Source: Malacoraja senta
Lineage: Eukaryota
Assembly (NCBI GenBank): GCA_038087875.1
Contig: JAXLNO010003320.1
Coordinates: 62,001-126,000, forward strand
Length of the DNA stretch: 64,000 bases
Reading direction: 5' to 3'
The translations under genes and the position numbers were made by a program. Every line of letters begins with the position of its first letter. Positions within the stretch are counted from its first letter, which is position 1. The notes under the pieces were generated by a model, which worked only from the letters and a program-made list of their open reading frames with translations, was not told the DNA's origin and made no database searches. This document shows, piece after piece, positions 61,743 to 64,000 of this stretch.

Positions 61743-62057
61743 GGGCCTGTCCCACTGTACGAGCTAATTCAAGTGTTCTCCCGAGTTTCCCCTGATTCGA
61801 ACTCGGAGAATTATAGTAATAGCCGCTCGTAGGTACTCGGGGCTCTCGTGGACATTTTTCAACATGTTTACAAATCTTCACGAGTCTTCACGAGCTTACT
61901 GCGTTTCCCGAGTACCTGCCGTTAGCGTTACGAGCCGCTAAGAGACGTCCCGAGCTCTGACGTACCCGCTACGTACATTCTACGTACTTACCACGAGTAT
62001 GATTTTTTTTTAAACTCGGGAGAGCTTTTGAATTACCTCTTACAGTGGGACAGGCCC
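61743..62057. mobile_element. PIF/Harbinger-type MITE, same family as 7871-8200
   Basis: GGGCCTGTCCCACTGTA / TACAGTGGGACAGGCCC termini and a shared internal sequence. Confidence 0.7.
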
Positions 62058-62703
62058 TTAAATCTCTCTCTCTTTCCGCCCCTACCCTCCCACCCCCTCT
62101 TCCATCCTCCCGACCACGCAAAGTGAAAGCGTCCCCCACCTCAGTGCTGCGGCTTGTGTGAGACTGCAGCGGGATGAGAGCGACTTCGACAAGGCGGTAC
62201 TGGAGCGGTTTCCTCAGGAGCCCAGCAGCGGACGGGCTGGAGGAAAACAAAGCATCAGCGGGGTCGGTGAGCAATTCCGCTCCGACCACAGTGTTGCACT
62301 TTAGTCGTATTTGTCGCGGGGGTAATTGTCTTTTTGTTACATTTTTTGTCGCGATTTTTTTAAAACTATAATTAATTAATTATTAACTATGGTGATAGAT
62401 GTGGCCCGCCATCCACTCACAGACATGGGTCCTGGCTCCTATGCAGAACAAGGATGCTGACCCATGTGTTAAATGTATGTTTTTAGTGTTCTTTAGCTTG
62501 TTTTACGGTGGGGGTGGTTGGGGGAGTTGCGGGAAACCTTTTCTAATATCTTACCTCGATGGAGATGCGATTTTTTTCTGTATCGTATCTCGGTCCGCAC
62601 TGCAGCCTAACATCCAGGAGTTGGCGGCCTTTGGTGGAGACCGACTATTGAGAGCTCCACCACGGGAGCGTGCGGAGTTACCATCACGGAGTTACCATCA
62701 CGG

Positions 62704-63783
62704 GTTCCTGAAAGGACTGGTGACAGGAGCCGTCTTTGTTGATCTGTCTGCCGCGTATGACACTGTGAACCACCACCTCCTCCAAAAAAAGATGAGCTAC
62801 ACCTCTACTACGAGCGCAACCACCTACACGCAAACCCTGCGAAGACCCAAGCCTGCTCGTTCCATCTCAGGAACTGGGAAGCAAACAGACCCCTTAACAT
62901 CACATGGTCTGGAACACCTCTTGAGCACTGCACCAACCCTGTCTACCTCGGTGTAACACTGGATCGCACTCTCTCCTATAAGGAACACGTCAAAAACACC
63001 AAACAAAGTAAATTCCCGGAATAACATCCTCCGGAAGCTGACCAACTCCAAATGGGGAGCCACAGCTCACACATTAAGATCTACTGCTCTGGCCCTGTGC
63101 TACTCCTCTGCGGAGTATGCGTGTCCTGTCTGGGAGAGATCATCCCATGCCAAGAAACTAGACCCAGCGTTGAATAACACCTGCCGCTCAATCACTGGCT
63201 GCTTGAAGCCCACCAACATAAAAAACCTGCACCTCCTCGCTGGCATTGCCCCTGCTGATGTGAGACGGAAAGTCGCCAGCCGAGTAGAGATGACCAAGGC
63301 CACCAGTGATGAACGCCACCTCCACTACGGACGTGTACCCCCGGCCCAACGGCTGAAGTCCAGGAGAAGCTTTCTCAGCCATGTCCAGCCCCTAATAGCA
63401 TCACGGGAAGAGACCAGACTCCAACAATGGACAAAAAGGCTCGAGGACGACCCCCCTCCTACTGACATGGGTATCCCTCCTTCTGAAGCCCTCCCTCCGG
63501 GCTCAGAAGCACCATGGGTCCAGTGGAAGACGCTCAACCGCCTGAGAACAGGAACAGGGCGATCAAAGGAAGCCATGGCCAGATGGGGCTATGAAACTGG
63601 CCAAACCACCTGTGAAGGTGGAGAAGAGGACCACACAATGCAGCACTGCCTTGTCTTCCCCCTACTACCCAACCAGTGCAGCTCAAAGTATCTTGCAGTG
63701 TTCAATAAAAATGCAAAGGACTGTGTAAAGGAATGGGAAACTGTCATATAGCCAACCAGCTTCAAAGACACGAAAAGAAGAAG
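62704..63783 (+). mobile_element. Vingi-like (I/Ingi group) non-LTR retrotransposon, 5'-truncated and internally deleted
   Basis: AVFVDLSAAYDTVNH, YLGVTLDR, EYACPVW, ITGCLKPT and TLNRLRTG motifs; tail GACACGAAAAGAAGAAG; TSD ATCACGG at 62697-62703 and 63784-63790. Confidence 0.7.
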
Positions 63784-64000
63784 ATCACGGAGCTCATGAT
63801 CCCTTTGCCAGGGATCGACCTCGGAGCTCCAACTGTGGGTGCTTGCGGAGTTACCATCACGGAGCTCGCGGTCTCTGGTCAGAGACCGACCTTGGGAGTT
63901 CCAAGCTGCAGGTGCTTCGACCACCCCGACACAGGAGCTTCAATCGCCCCTACGCAGGTGCTTCAACCGCCCGCTGCGGGAGCTTCGATCACCCCGACAA

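Overview
Repeat-dense vertebrate genomic DNA. The repeat content (HE1-type SINEs, CR1 LINEs, Penelope remnants) points to a cartilaginous fish, probably a skate or ray; this is an inference. Two host loci are supported. (1) A C2H2 zinc-finger array on + (about 19217-20719) with frameshifts. (2) A five-exon MHC class I-like gene on + that the ORF track shows only in part: leader 41082-41133, alpha1 45066-45326, alpha2 47072-47347, alpha3 48552-48824 and TM/cytoplasmic exon from 56672, all joined in phase 1. It has an X1-X2-Y-like promoter. It looks non-classical: peptide-anchor residues are lost, the groove is hydrophobic and alpha2 has four extra Cys. There is an in-frame TAG in alpha3 and a Tc1 transposon inserted 9 nt before the TM-exon acceptor AG. 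The rest is nested transposons: CR1 containing hAT containing L1, a second hAT, Tc1 containing a SINE, a DIRS-like terminus, Vingi-like, Rex1/Babar, Harbinger-type MITEs and minisatellites. About a dozen minimal hammerhead ribozyme motifs are carried by Penelope-derived elements, and two keep an intact core. Two N gaps lie at 18249-18455 and 18542-18670. All family assignments come from reading motifs by eye; no database searches were run.
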